From Tubiluchus corallicola (lineage: Eukaryota > Animalia > Priapulida): DNA of 64,000 nt. Below the pieces are notes generated by a model, which was not told the DNA's origin, ran no database searches, and saw only the letters and a program-made list of their open reading frames with translations. Of this stretch, positions 1 to 12,845 are shown in pieces. The stretch's first letter is position 1; the number at the start of each line of letters is the position of its first letter. The position numbers and the translations under genes are program-made. Location of the stretch: NCBI GenBank assembly GCA_030141605.1, contig JAQGDQ010000333.1, forward strand, positions 186,001-250,000, read 5' to 3'.

Positions 1-850
1 CGAAACTCGCAAAAGTTTTTGAGCTTAGGAAGATTTCTTTGGAAACAAAAATTAGAATATTCTCAGCCTTAGTTGAAATTATATTTCTGTACTTCTGAGC
101 TCTGAACATTAAAAAGCAAATCATAAAGCTGAAATCGATGTGTTTCAAAGGCGAAATTACAGAAACATTTTGGGTATCAGATGGCCAAAGAAAATCTCAA
201 ACAAAGTCTATATGAAAAAATAAAAGAAGAACCTTGGATAGGAAAAATAAAAAGACACCATTTAGGATGGGTTGGGCATATGCTTAGATTACTTGATGAT
301 ATTCCAGTGAAGATAGCTGTTCAACAAGCCATAGAGCCAGCTAAAAACCTGCAAGAGGACAAGTGTTAACATATTTAGATTTTGCACAGAAAGATTTAAA
401 CACTTCAGCATTGATCCTTAGAAATAAATGCACTTGGGGCATTGCTGCATGTTGTGTTTTGTTTCTCTTGTAAGTCTTGTAGAGAAAACCAGAAAACACG
501 TCGTCAAATTAAACTGGTTTATTATGCGAGAATTCTACAACACAAAAGTATGAAAAAATGTGATATATTTACAGTCAGTGATAATCTGGAAATGTGAAAG
601 TGAGAAAGCGTATCTGAGAATATGAGAGTAAACTTGAGTGGCCAGCTCCGCGTTATATATCAGTGCAATGAACAATCTAGAAACTACTACGCGCATCGCG
701 TATATAAAATTCTCGAATCTTCTACAAGGTAAGAAGATTGTTCTACTATACTATAGAATATTCCAGATCTCCACAACACTGCGAGTAGGAGTCCTGGCAT
801 AAGGAGGTGAACAGAATCATATCCCTGGACGTTTGATTCAGTGGATGCTG
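1..850 (+). mobile_element. 3' end of a degenerate RTE-like non-LTR retrotransposon (copy A), interrupted by a solo LTR
   Basis: Frameshifted translation ISLETKIRIFSALVE...IDVFQRRNYRNILGIRWPKKIS...LGWVGHMLRL resembles the post-RT C-terminal region of RTE-type LINEs. An inverted second copy lies at 1975-2126 plus 4871-4915. Confidence 0.75.
450..778 (-). mobile_element. Solo LTR (329 bp)
   Basis: Termini TGTTGTG...CACAACA. 5-bp TSD CTGCA/CTGCG (445-449, 779-783). TATA-like and AATAAA motifs on the minus strand. The insert is absent from LINE copy B. Confidence 0.8.
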
Positions 851-1734
851 ATTTAGTCACTAGTTGCAGCTAGTATTATACAAAGTTAATCCTAAATATA
901 TCTATGCCAGTACAATCTTATTTAATAATAACTTTGTTCTAGCATAAAAACAATAGTAGGTGCAAACTGCTTCGACTTTATATGATATTAAGATATTATA
1001 CTGATACATATTGACAGTGATTCCCCTTTGGAATTTTCTAGATTTATGATAATGTTCCGTTTCAATGTACAATTTATGAGACCAAGAAGTAGTTTTCCAT
1101 TTTATATTGGACTTTAAAAGTTATAGGTTGAAAAGTAGCTGATACTTGTATGTAAGTTTTAAAGCCAAAGTTGTGCAATTTTGGAAATTTGTCTTATATA
1201 ACCCAAAAGTCAGTTAATACTTATAAGCTTGAACATTCAAGGTTTGCTTCTAATATGACAGCAAATCTAAGTTTATTTTGTTAAGTATAGGTTACAAACG
1301 TTTGTGAACATAAAAGCCAAATAGTTGCTTTTTATTGCATTTCATAAGATAATATTATACAATTTTGAACAAGTTATGTATAATTATATTCATTAAAGAG
1401 AATGGCGACGTAAGGAAAACGTTATTGCAAGACATGCGCAAATAATAAAAGTGTTTTAGTTGATGTGCATTTTAGGATATCGCATATCATTTTTAGTAGG
1501 GACTGCTGTTAAGTTTACTGCATAAATCTTGATTTGCAATGTGCCAAAGTAAAGTCATAAATATAGAAAAAGTATCATCTTTAAACGTTGAGGTACGACT
1601 GTGATCGAAGTAGCAGTATATAACACACAAATCTAATCTGTCAAATTCCTTTAATTTTAAAAACACATACGTATATGGTGTATGTATATTGCACAATATT
1701 TATTATTTGTTATGTAAAGCTATTACTAGAAGAA

Positions 1735-1785
1735 AATTATTCTTATTATTATTCTTATTGCTACTACTACTACTACTACTACTAC

Positions 1786-1861
<76 letters not shown>

Positions 1862-1985
1862 GTTATTATTATTATTATTATCATCATTATTATTATTATC
1901 ATTATCATAATCACTATCATCATCATCACCAATCTTAGTCATTATCACCATTATTTATTATTATTGTAGATTCATCATCATCATC
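1735..1985. repeat. Compound trinucleotide microsatellite (TAC)n(TAT)n(CAT)n
   Basis: Seen directly. It abuts the 3' end of LINE copy B and explains the poly-Y/L/N/I ORFs. Confidence 0.97.
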
Positions 1986-2130
1986 CAATAAATCATACGT
2001 CCAGGGACATGATTCTGCTCACCTCCCTATGCCAGGACTCCCTACTCGCTGTAATGTCCCAAGTGAATTTATTTCTAAGGATGAATGCTGAAGTGTTTAA
2101 ATCTTTCTGTGCAAAATCTAAATACGTTAA

Positions 2131-4866
2131 GAACGAGTCCGCGAGAGCACCATGCAGGGGGTGGCACATGAGGGGTGACGAATTTATATCATTTTTTTCT
2201 AACATGAAGGGCGACCCCCCAAAACCATGTAACCAAGATATCACATCGATCGAGCTACTATTGGCAGAGAACTGACCACATCAAGAAATTGACCTCAAAA
2301 GAGGCAAAAAAATCGCTATTTTGGGAGGTTATTTTAACTTTTTCTCCTGTATAAACTATTATAGATGGGTCGATGTAAGTTGGCTGGTACATAGACCCAG
2401 ACATTGTCTTCTGATATCCTAACTTTTTCTGACATACTATTAGTAGTATCAGAGAACGGGATTTTTCAAATTCGGCTCTTTGTTAAGAGTCCAGGGAGAG
2501 GTTAAGTTGTAAGGCTCATAACTCGCCCACTGCGGGGCTACACAACTTCTGGTTTTCATGTATGTGTTAACCATCATCCTAACTAATAATATAAAAAAGA
2601 AAATTCGCTGGAGCCTGTTTCAGTATTTAGTACTGGCACTTTAAAATTTCACAAAAATCTGCAAAATTCGCCTTTTTTATTTTTTCAATATTTTTTCTAT
2701 CTATATGCTGGATTATAAGTGACAAATCTGTATTCTAAATTTCATGAAAACGCACGAGCTGAGACAATATCATGAATGACATTATATAGAGGGGCACTGT
2801 TAGAAAAAACTGCCATATCCACTTTTTTACTTTCCATAGTAATTCCGTCCATGTGTAAAAAGTAGACATACTTGGCTCTGGTCGTATATGACAGTAGACA
2901 ATTAGCCACGTTTAACCTGCATTTTCTGTGACTAGTGCTCTCATTTCCTAGTAGCAATAGATTCCTTTGCCATGGAAATTGCTAGAAATTTGCGAATTTC
3001 ATCTTAAATTGGTTTAGTTATGTCCGAATTTTCATATGAGTACAAATATGAATAATTGCCTCTTCTGATGGATTTCAGGACAGGACATCATGCATGCCCC
3101 TAGTACCGAGTCCGACCCTGATTCAGGGCATTCTCTACACACTGAATCGCTAATGGATACCAGGAAAGACTAAAAAATAAGCCCTCTAATAGAAAAGAAG
3201 TACCGATTGTTAAGATTGAGAGTCATTGCTAGCGAAAGAATCTGACAACATTCGGTATATACATATAAAATAGAAATCCATTAATTTTTTATACTTTTTA
3301 TATGAATAAGCTTCATGGCTATACATAGAAGATTATGAATATCAGTACAAAAATGAAAAACTACAAAACTCAGAGAGAATTAATTTCCCTAAGTCCAAAA
3401 TACTATTCCTATTGTAGCAGCATAATCCTATCACTGAAAAGTAGTACAAGTAATCAAAACCATAATATCTAAATAATAGAGAAAGAATTGTCGAAGCAGG
3501 TAGATTATCCCTAGAAGATAGATACAGAAATATAGACAAATATATATGGGGAAAGTGATAAAGCGAAAATCTTACAGTCAAAACATGAGACAATATAAGC
3601 GTATGGGCCGCTTCTAGGGGGATGGCGGTGATATTTAGCTCAGAAAATTGTTCTTCGCCCAAAATTTATTTGCGGCACAAAATCGATACTTCTGACAAAA
3701 AATACAAATAGTGCGATTGAATGATTGCGCTAAAGGCACAAAAATTTTCGATGTTTTACAGTCAAAAAATCACCGGACACATGATGTTTTGGGGGAAGTC
3801 TGTCCCATATTTTTTGGGCATTCGCTCAGATTTAGGGCAATTATCTTTGTGTCCTGGCTTGTACGCCTATGTAAGACAATGAATAATAACTAGGTAATAA
3901 CTTGTACATAACATTTACAAAGCATAGAAAATAAACAGTACATAAAACATTTTCCAGTCCTTGCAAGAAGCAATTTCCATTCCGTAGATATTTCATTTGT
4001 TTGAAGATGGAAGCGCTCTAAATGCAGTCCAGGGTCTTTAATACAGGCTAATAGATTCACAATATTCGTTTCGTGCGGATAACGAGCCACAATACCGCAT
4101 TTAACGCTGGTAAACAGCCCAGAAAACGAACATTTTAGTTCAGCAGTGGCCGCCATCTTGAATGATGGCGTCCAATCCTGTCGGTAGTTTAACCAATGTG
4201 CTGGCCAGTCCCCTAGTTGCCGAAAATGAATATTTATGACGTTTTGAAGTATTTTGACAAGATTTGACAACTCATGTTTACCTACACGAAGCTTTTTTTT
4301 GAACGTTGTTACCCATATTTTCACCCTGATATATGCCTCCTTCAGGTGTCATTTACAATAGGATGGAAATTCGCTCCATCGAAATTGCCACTGCAGCCTA
4401 GTGGGATGGGATGCTCTATTCACATACATATCGATATTTTTGTTCCCGCTCCCGCAGTGGGTGAGATATAAGACTTTAAAATGACTGAGTATTTGCATCT
4501 TCTGCGTAATGTGAGCTTAAAGACCCACAGTAGAGCCGAAAGAGGGAGGTTTGGGACAAAAGTAAAAAAGTCATTTTGGAGAAGATAACAAGATACAATA
4601 CTATGCCGAGTCAGATCTATTCAAACTCAGTGGTTGCTGCATGGCTAATCCTTCAAATATAGGCAAAAAATAGAGAAAAATAGGTACTTTTTTCATGAAA
4701 ATCGGCCTATGCTGTACCTTTGCTACAATGAGGAGTTGGACCAAACGGATTCACATAGTGAATGCTAGTGACTAGTGGACCTCATACCCGAACTTTGGTC
4801 CGAATCGGTTACCTAGCCTTGTGCCGGAATTTTTCGATTTTGCATGGTCTTCTCGCGGACGCGTTC
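2131..4866. mobile_element. 2.7 kb non-autonomous TIR DNA transposon with TTAA TSD (Kolobok- or Sola3-like)
   Basis: 26-bp TIRs GAACGAGTCCGCGAGAGCACCATGCA / GAACGCGTCCGCGAGAAGACCATGCA (3 mismatches). TTAA at 2127-2130 and 4867-4870. Empty site at 366-369 in the paralogous LINE copy. Confidence 0.88.
3890..4156 (-). pseudogene. Probable first-exon remnant of the transposon-encoded protein
   Basis: ATG in CAAGATGGCGGC context, in a locally GC-richer stretch, giving MAATAELKCSFSGLFTSVKCG...LLACIKD...HL...EWKLLLARTG. Family identity is not established. Confidence 0.4.
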
Positions 4867-5339
4867 TTAACATTTATCCTCCTGCAGGTTTTTTAGCTGG
4901 TTCTATGGCTTGTTGGTATTATATCTATGGTACACATACAGGTGTGGCCTTGTGTGCATTTTCGTTCTTTATTGGAAAAGCAGAGGGTGCTCACAGCCTT
5001 CCACTGCTTTATCAAAAATGGAGAAGTTGCTATGCAAAACAAAATATTTGTGAATCCATTGATCATAATTTTTAACGATGTTGTTGTCTGATTAGTATTG
5101 TTGCTTGTAAGTATTTCTGCAACACTTAGAGAAATGTAAATATGTTATCAAAAAGGAGGAGTTGAAATGATACATTAAGTGGAAAAGTATGATTTATATA
5201 AATTATTAGTTATATTACATGCTGTAGCACTACCGCCGTACCGGTATTCCATATTAATAATATCCGAGGCTTGTTAAGGCTTGAGGTCGATCCATGGATC
5301 ACCTATAATGCCTGTTCTCTACTGGCATTAGTGTGTGTG

Positions 5340-8300
5340 TGTATGGTACAAGAAACTTTTTTGATTTCACTCATACTCTAAATTTCGTTTAAATTCGTTT
5401 ATTGATTTAGATGCTGTAGTTGCTGCTTAGACCGTTCCAACTGTTTACTACTCGGTTGCTGAATTTCCTTACATCCAATCTGGTTCTGGGTTTATAAGGA
5501 TGACCTCCTGTAAATGCTGAATTCCTTGAAAGGAAAGATGACTCGTCCAAAACATCAGTTTTATTGATGATTCTAAAAACCTGAATGATGTCACTTCATT
5601 GGAGTCTGTATTATAAAGATGGAATGCTTAATTTTCTTAGTTTTTCTGTGTAATTCAAGTCACTAACTGCTGGAACCAGCTTGGTAGCCTAGTTGAGTTG
5701 AACATCTCCTATAAAACTTGGTCCCCAAACAACATTTGCATATTCCAGGTGTGGTCTAATAGGGGTTTTGATTATCTGAACAAACATTGTTTATGTATGT
5801 AAATTTATGTTTGATGGCTCCAAGAATTTTATTGGCTTTATTTATCAGAGAGCTTGTATGATTGTGAAACTTAGGTCCTCATCAATTAGCACACCCAAAT
5901 CTTTTTCACAGTTTGTGATAACTAATGATTTTATTATGCCTTCATTGTCTTGCATGGAATAAGTGTATTTCAGATTATTATAACCCATATGGAGAAATTT
6001 ACATTTCTATGTATTGAATTTTAATTGCCAAATCGTAGACCAATCAACGAGAATGTTAAATGAAAACCGGACGATTATGTAAACATTAGTTTAGAATAAA
6101 GTATGCTCTAAAATATTGAAAACTACAATAGCTTTTTTTAAATCAAAGCTTAGATTAAATAATAATTACCTCGGATACTCAAATTTCGTTAAACTTTCAA
6201 AGCTTCGCGCAGCTCCGTGAATCTACTAAGATTGGCACCTTTATGCCACATTCGCGTGGCTGACAAATAGAAGGCGGTAATGTGATCACCACGATCATGA
6301 ACTGCAGCGTTAGTTTCTGACGTCATATGGTGTAGAGCCCATTTTCGTGACATCACCCGTTTAAGCAGTAACACTTAAGAAATGTGCTTGACGCTTAAAG
6401 AAAGATGCCTGCCATTGCACAAACTGTGGTTAGTTTCTGACGTAAGCAATAGCTGTGTTCGGTTGCCGTTAATCGACTTTCTAAGCTAATTATTCAAATA
6501 TTAGAAAAAATATTATGCCAACTTTTATAGGCAAGAAAATGTCTACTTTGCACAGTAAATTAAAATGAGATTGAGTCTAAACAATCGTCCGGTTTTCCTT
6601 TAATGTTCAGTTGAAATTGAACCATTGACTGATCACTGTTTGGTGTGCTATACATTTTTGTATAATCTGCAAAAAGCTTTACAGTCGCAGATATTTGATC
6701 TTGCAGGTTATTAATGAACAGAATAAAAAGGCATGGACCAATTACACTGCCTTGTGGGATACCACTTAGAACATCTCGAAAATTTGACTCACTACCATTG
6801 ACCATGACTTTTTGCCTTCTATTACACAGAAATTCTTCTATCCAACATAATACTTATACCACCTATTCCATAAGCTCTTAGCTTAATAAGTAATCTCTGA
6901 TGTGGTACACTGTCAAAAGCTTTTTGAAAGTCCAGATAAACACAATCAACAGGATGTCCATTGTCAAGTATATGCTTCCAGTCTTCTAAAACCTCCAGCA
7001 ACTGAGACACACAAGATTTACCAGAAGAGAACCCATGTTGTTGGGCATTGAACAAATTATTGGATTCCATATGGTTGACTACAGCATCGAGTATAAATGA
7101 CTCAAAGACTTTTATGAGTACCGATGTTAAGCTTATTGGTCTGTAATTTGTGACTGAATTCTTGCTACCTTTTTTATGCAGAAGTTTCACTACTGCATCT
7201 TTCCAAAGTTGAGGCAGGTACAACTCGTTCAAGGATTTGTCATAAAAGATGACAAGTGGAACAGCCAACTCCTTGGCAATTTCTTTAAGTATTTTTGACA
7301 AAATCTGTCTGGACCAGGTGCCTTAGCTATTTTTTGCTTTTCCAGTTTCTTCATAACCATTTCTTCAAAAAATTTCCACTGTAAGGAACCTAGCTGTCAC
7401 TTCTCGATCACTTAGTGTTAGAATGTTACTTAAATTCTCCTGTGTAAAAACACTGGCAAAGTATGAGTTAAAGATCTCAGCCCTTTCTTTATCATCAGAG
7501 ATTTCATCATTTTCCTGTACAATGACACTATTTTGCTAACTGTCTTGTTTTTGCTTCTTATGTAACTCCAGAAACCTTTAGGATTTGTTTTCAAATTTTT
7601 ATCAAACCTTTCTCAAAATTTTTCACAAATTTACGAGTGAGGTTCCTGAGCACATTTTTTTCTTGAACGTACAATCTATAATCATTTATACTCTTAGATA
7701 TTGAATAAAGCTTCCACAGGTGATTTTTCTTCTTTACCTGCTTCATTGCTACTTTGTTCATCCAAATATTCCTTCTGACTTCAGAATTTCTTTTCAGTGG
7801 TACATTACTTTTAATTGAATTTTCTAAGATAGTGTTGATAGCAACAAAAGATGCTTCAGCTTTTTTATTCTGTAGTTCAGCAACCCAATCAATGTTTGTA
7901 ACATTGCTTCTGATATTGCTGTAATTTACTTTGTTGAGATCTAATTAAGGTATAGCACAATTAGTAGTATCCTCATAACATGGAATTTGCATGTATATGA
8001 TCACTATTACCTATTGGAGGATGACTTTTAATATCATTTACAAGATTTTTCTCATTCGTTAAGACCAAATCCAAAATATGGGACTCTTCCCCAGAGCGAA
8101 GCCTTGTTGCAAAAAAAATACATGCTGAAAAAAGAAGTAGTCTTTGAAACATTCCAGAAATTCTTATTCATAGTTAACCCTACTTACCAAGTAACCCAGT
8201 TAACCTTAAGTAAATTAAAATCTCCCATTAGCAATTTGTGTGAAAACCATTCAAGCTGCACTCCATCAATAGATTTTGCATGGCAGTATTGTTTACATGA

Positions 8301-9320
8301 CTGTTTGAAGCGCTTCTGTATAGATTCAATCAATAGTTTGTCTTTGCCTTTAAGGTTCAAACTAATCCACACATGATCAGGCACATCAATCAAGTCATCA
8401 AAAGAAGCATCAATATTCAAGAGAAGCATTTAAAGTGCTTTTCACATAAATACCATACCATGAAATTTGAAAAATATCATACCTTCAATCTGAAAAACAC
8501 ACTGTTGACTTCATAACTACTTCTTCTATATTGCTTATGGAAGCAGCTTCTTTAGTTGACTGGTATGAGTTTTCAACTTGGCTGAACTTATTGGTTAATT
8601 CTGCTAAAGAAACTTTAACATCGTGCACACTACTAGCTAAGTTCGCTACGTCAGTTTTGTCTGCTTTTTCAACCAACAAACTGTTGCACTCATGAACTCT
8701 CTGTTCAATTTTCTTGACATTAGCCTGTAACTTAATGATGTCTTTTTTTAGCTCCACAGCCGCACCATTGCAATTTTTACAGTACCAATGCAGGTTGTTC
8801 TCATGTATCTTTGAAACTTCATACATCGCAGCACTTACATTACCACATTTAATGTGGTACCAATTGCAACATACTTTGCAGCACATCGCAGGATGAGCTT
8901 GAAGAACTGTTAATAAACATGATGGGCAAACAGCAGAATTGTCACTGTTGGAAATGTTAAGACTCATATGACTAACCTCCTCTTTTTCAAATCAGCTTTA
9001 CCTTTAGAAATGCTATTTGACCTCATCTCTCTACGAATGCTTGACATATTGATACTAGCGTTCATAATAATTATTGTAACTCAAGTGAAAAGAAACACAC
9101 ACTGAAATTTGTAAGGCACCATTTTGGTTTCAAATAAATCAGCAAAATGTATGCACTATATGTCAGCAGAGAACTCAGCATGTGTGGGTGATTAATTAGA
9201 TGAACTTGAAATTACTTAAAACATATATATTCTGAAGTGATACAACTTTTCACGAACAATTTTCCCACTTTCTCAATAATTTTAGACAGTCAACAAAATC
9301 TGCATCCACCATGTCCGCTT
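5340..9320 (-). mobile_element. Near full-length degenerate CR1-clade LINE (PHD-finger ORF1, APE endonuclease, RT)
   Basis: ORF1 8485-8967 has a PHD pattern (CPSC..CKVC..WYHIKC..WYCKNC) plus coiled coil. APE motifs MGDFN and ILDLVLTNE. RT motifs NYRPISLTS, YLDFQKAFDSVPH, SGIPQGSVIGP, LFADY. Many stops and frameshifts. Boundaries approximate. Confidence 0.92.
6060..6599. mobile_element. 540-bp Kolobok-like MITE inserted in the CR1 RT
   Basis: About 25-bp TIRs (A[T/G]GAAAACCGGACGATT...). TTAA TSD at 6056-6059 and 6600-6603. Removal restores the RT frame QFQLNINILVDWSTIWQLKFN. Confidence 0.88.
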
Positions 9321-9559
9321 GCATGTATTTGTGCTCTACTAAGTAGTGCCTTTTTCTAGGCATACTAGGCGCTTAGCCATTAATGCTTACAGGGTGGCGC
9401 TATATTCAGATTTTTGTCCATGTTTTTACATCTCTATAGTTCTGGTTTGTTGAAAAAAAAACGCAAGGTGATTTACAAATATAGTTCATTTGCTGCCGTG
9501 CTTGGTGCGTTACCATGTTGAAACTAGGATTTTTATGTTTTTTATCTTCAATTCAAATT

Positions 9560-10340
9560 GAATCTGAATTTTAATGTAAATAATGTAGTATCCTTTAGGA
9601 ATATTACTGCATTGGGCGTAATAGGCAACGAAATAACATTGCCTTTGTGTACATTTATATGATTTCTGCCCAATGTCTGGTCAAACTCTTGTTCAGTTCT
9701 GTGCCTGAACCTTTTTATATCATTGTACTTGTATTGTGCTCTAAGCTTTATTTTGTGAGAAACAACATATGAAGATTATTCCACTGGGTTACTGAACGTA
9801 GTGGAAATGAATATATTTCCCTATATTGATATATTCATGATGGTATAAGACTTGTTGAACCTTGCATAAACATTGTTCTGCACGTCACTATTTTTTTTGA
9901 GCTTGGCCATTCCAGAGAGTCTTACATGCATGTTATGTTAGTATCTCTATGATATTACATTACGTACAAATTTTTTTGATCTGTGCTGCAGAACTTTGCA
10001 AGTTCTGAAATGTTACTGGTTGTGTACAGGTCCCGTACTATGTCTGCAAAGAATTTATGTGTTCATGCCTTTCATTGGTATTTTGTGAATATGTGAACTC
10101 CATTTGAAGTCTTTTGAGATTTTGACACCTAAAAATTCCATCAGTGAAGCGATGCCACACTTGTCAACGTTAAAATGCATTAGCCAATCTTGCTCCAATT
10201 TATCATTATCTTAATGTGTCCAAGTCTTTTTTGTAGAGTAAAGCGGCCATTATTAGATTTGATAGGTTGATGCTAAATACAGTCGTCAGCAAAAAGCCAA
10301 ACCAAAGATGAGACTTTTACAGCCTGATAATTTATGAATA
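9560..10340 (-). mobile_element. Older degenerate LINE RT/3' fragment (CR1/L2-like)
   Basis: LFADD motif at about 10282-10296 on the minus strand, followed by decayed C-terminal RT-like sequence. Boundaries approximate. Confidence 0.6.
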
Positions 10341-12382
10341 TTTAAAACAACATGAAAAATAAATAATAATAAATTACATTAAATGTTTGGAGCAGGTTCC
10401 ATGAGCAACGTCTTTCATGAGCAACAGTGCCAAGGCCATTGCTAAATCCATGACAGATGCTAAGTCATGATCTAATATGATAATATACTGTGTGTTCCAG
10501 AACCTTGCTGGTAATGCATGTTAAGGAAACTAGTCTGCTTCTATCTGATTTTTTTTTATATATGTGGGCTATTAAGGCATGTTTCAGAGACAATTCCAGA
10601 CTCTGATGATTTTTAAAAAAATTTAGCTACTATAGGAGCAGTTTATACACTTTTTTAAAAGCCTTTCCCAAACATTAGCAGGCTCGCTGTGAAAAATAAA
10701 TTTTGTTTTACCTCATGAGCTCAAAAATGTCAGTAGGGATGGAGGAAAAATATTCAAAGCTTTTGGGAATGTTTAAAGGTGAATTGTGGAATATTTAAAT
10801 TCAGTTGAAATTGAAGCTTTTGTATTTTTCAATGGTTATCAGTAATGTTTTAATTTTTTCGATGCACATTTCTTAAAATTTTGTTTTTTAGTTTTTTGTT
10901 TCATATTGCTAAGTCATTGTATAATTATCCATTATCATATAGTTTCTTTTTTGTATGGTATGAAACGTGTGTTCAGATAATTATGGCATATGGCAACACC
11001 ACTCAGCTGTTAATATGATAATTTGGCAGAAAATATGATAAATATAGATATAAAATCTCTTGTACGATAAACAGCGTCATACAAAATGGCCACCTTGTCT
11101 GAGGAAAACATGACTGCACCCCTGCTGAAACAACAATGTTATAATAATTATTGCAATTATTTAATTTAAAAAAATACGCTTTTATATGACTGCACCAGGC
11201 AAGTATATGATATTACAAAAAAATTATAAAATTCCTGGCCAGGTGTGTAGTAGAAAAAAATTATCTGGGTGATTGGGTGGAAACAGGAGTATTTTTATTG
11301 TCGGCTTCATTCACCAAAGCTTTATTAATTTTCAAGTGCTTTATAGTTTTTTAACTCCAGGTATGCTAATGTGAATGCTACTAACATCCGGGCTTGGGTC
11401 GTCATCTAACAAAGTTAATGTCGTTCTTAGAGATTTAGTGGCAAGCCATGCAGGTGCAAACTAGTGTCTGGATTTTATTCATTGTAGATGTAGTGTTCAT
11501 TCAGACTAGAACAAGGAATATTAAGGAGTTTCAGTAGCATGAGTGCACTGAAGTTGGCTGCATATTAATAAGGTTTAACATCTTTCTTGGGGAGCATGTG
11601 GTGGCAAGCTATGTAGGTGTAAGCTGGTGACTTGATTTTGTGCATTGTAGATGTAGCATCCACTCAGATGTACATAAAGAATCTTAGACTGTTTTCAAGA
11701 CATACTTTAAGCAATAGGAGTGCACTGAAAGCAGTCAAGGCACCTTTTCATCAACCAAACCCAAGCTGATTTTTTATGCTTGAGTGCCACTGAACTGTAG
11801 CTCAACCGAGTTATCAGACGTAGCACCGAACCAAATACAGAATAAAATGTGAAGTTAAAATTGAACATCAGACCAATGCCAAATTTGTTACGAAATGATA
11901 CGGAATGTTACCGAATTTGTTACCAAAATTGAACCGAGTTTTCTTGAAATTTCAATTGAAAGGAATGGTAATTTGTAATGTTTAAATTGTTTTAAATTAG
12001 TGGTGTAAAATTTTCTTATTACTAAATCTGTGTTTTATTTAATGGTTATGTTTTAAAATATTAGGTATTTTGAAAGCAGCCCTAATTATTTCAAAAGCAT
12101 TCAAACTATTTTGTTATTGCAATCAGAATGTCATTATGTCTGTTGTAGACAATGAGGCACTAAATAAAGATTGAGACCTGTCTGAAGCTTGAACAAGATA
12201 TTTTTTGCTTCAAAGCTTTTAAAGCCTTATAAATCTGGCATGCTGTAGTCAGTATAGCTGTCTAACTGCCTTTTTCTACTCCGGAACTCGGACGCCAAAT
12301 CCGATTTTTTGGATCCGCCCCAGTTTTACTTTAACTGCTTTCAATTAGATTCGGGTTCAGGAAAAAAATTTGAAGCATCTTC

Positions 12383-12845
12383 CTAATTACTGTTTATCCA
12401 GTTTAAGGAGCAAGTCTGCTACCAACTAGTGCTATAAAATTTCCCTTATTTCTGGTTTAATCTCTAATACACCAATTCGCTATGTTAACACCTTTAATGT
12501 GATTGCGAAGTTCCGTAAAAGTTATGCACCGCATAAATGATTTGTCAACCCAGCACCCTACTGGCGATAAATATTTTCAACAGTAACATGGACACAACAT
12601 ACGCACACAATTTTCTAATTACTGTTTATCCAGTTTAAGGAGCAAGTCTGCTACCAACTAGTGCTATAAAATTTCCCTTATTTCTGGTTTAATCTCTAAT
12701 ACACCAATTCGCTATGTTAACACCTTTAATGTGATTGCGAAGTTCCGTAAAAGTTATGCACCGCATAAATGATTTGTCAACCCAGCACCCTACTGGCGAT
12801 AAATATTTTCAACAGTAACATGGACACAACATACGCACACAATTT
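12383..12845. repeat. Tandem duplication, two copies, period 232 bp
   Basis: 12383-12613 appears identical to 12615-12845. Confidence 0.95.

Larger units (their letters stand above)
1975..4915 (-). mobile_element. RTE-like LINE 3' end (copy B), split into 1975-2126 and 4871-4915 by a TIR element
   Basis: Reverse complement aligns to about 325-449 plus 779-845 once both insertions are removed. Confidence 0.8.

Noticed and set aside
1675-1951. Poly-Tyr/Leu/Asn/Ile ORFs
   Set aside because: Translations of a trinucleotide microsatellite.
8485-8967. Stand-alone PHD-finger host gene
   Set aside because: Collinear with APE and RT remnants on the same strand, so it is CR1 ORF1.
11438-11730. Two diverged copies of about 160 bp
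   Set aside because: Old tandem duplication with no coding or structural signal visible.
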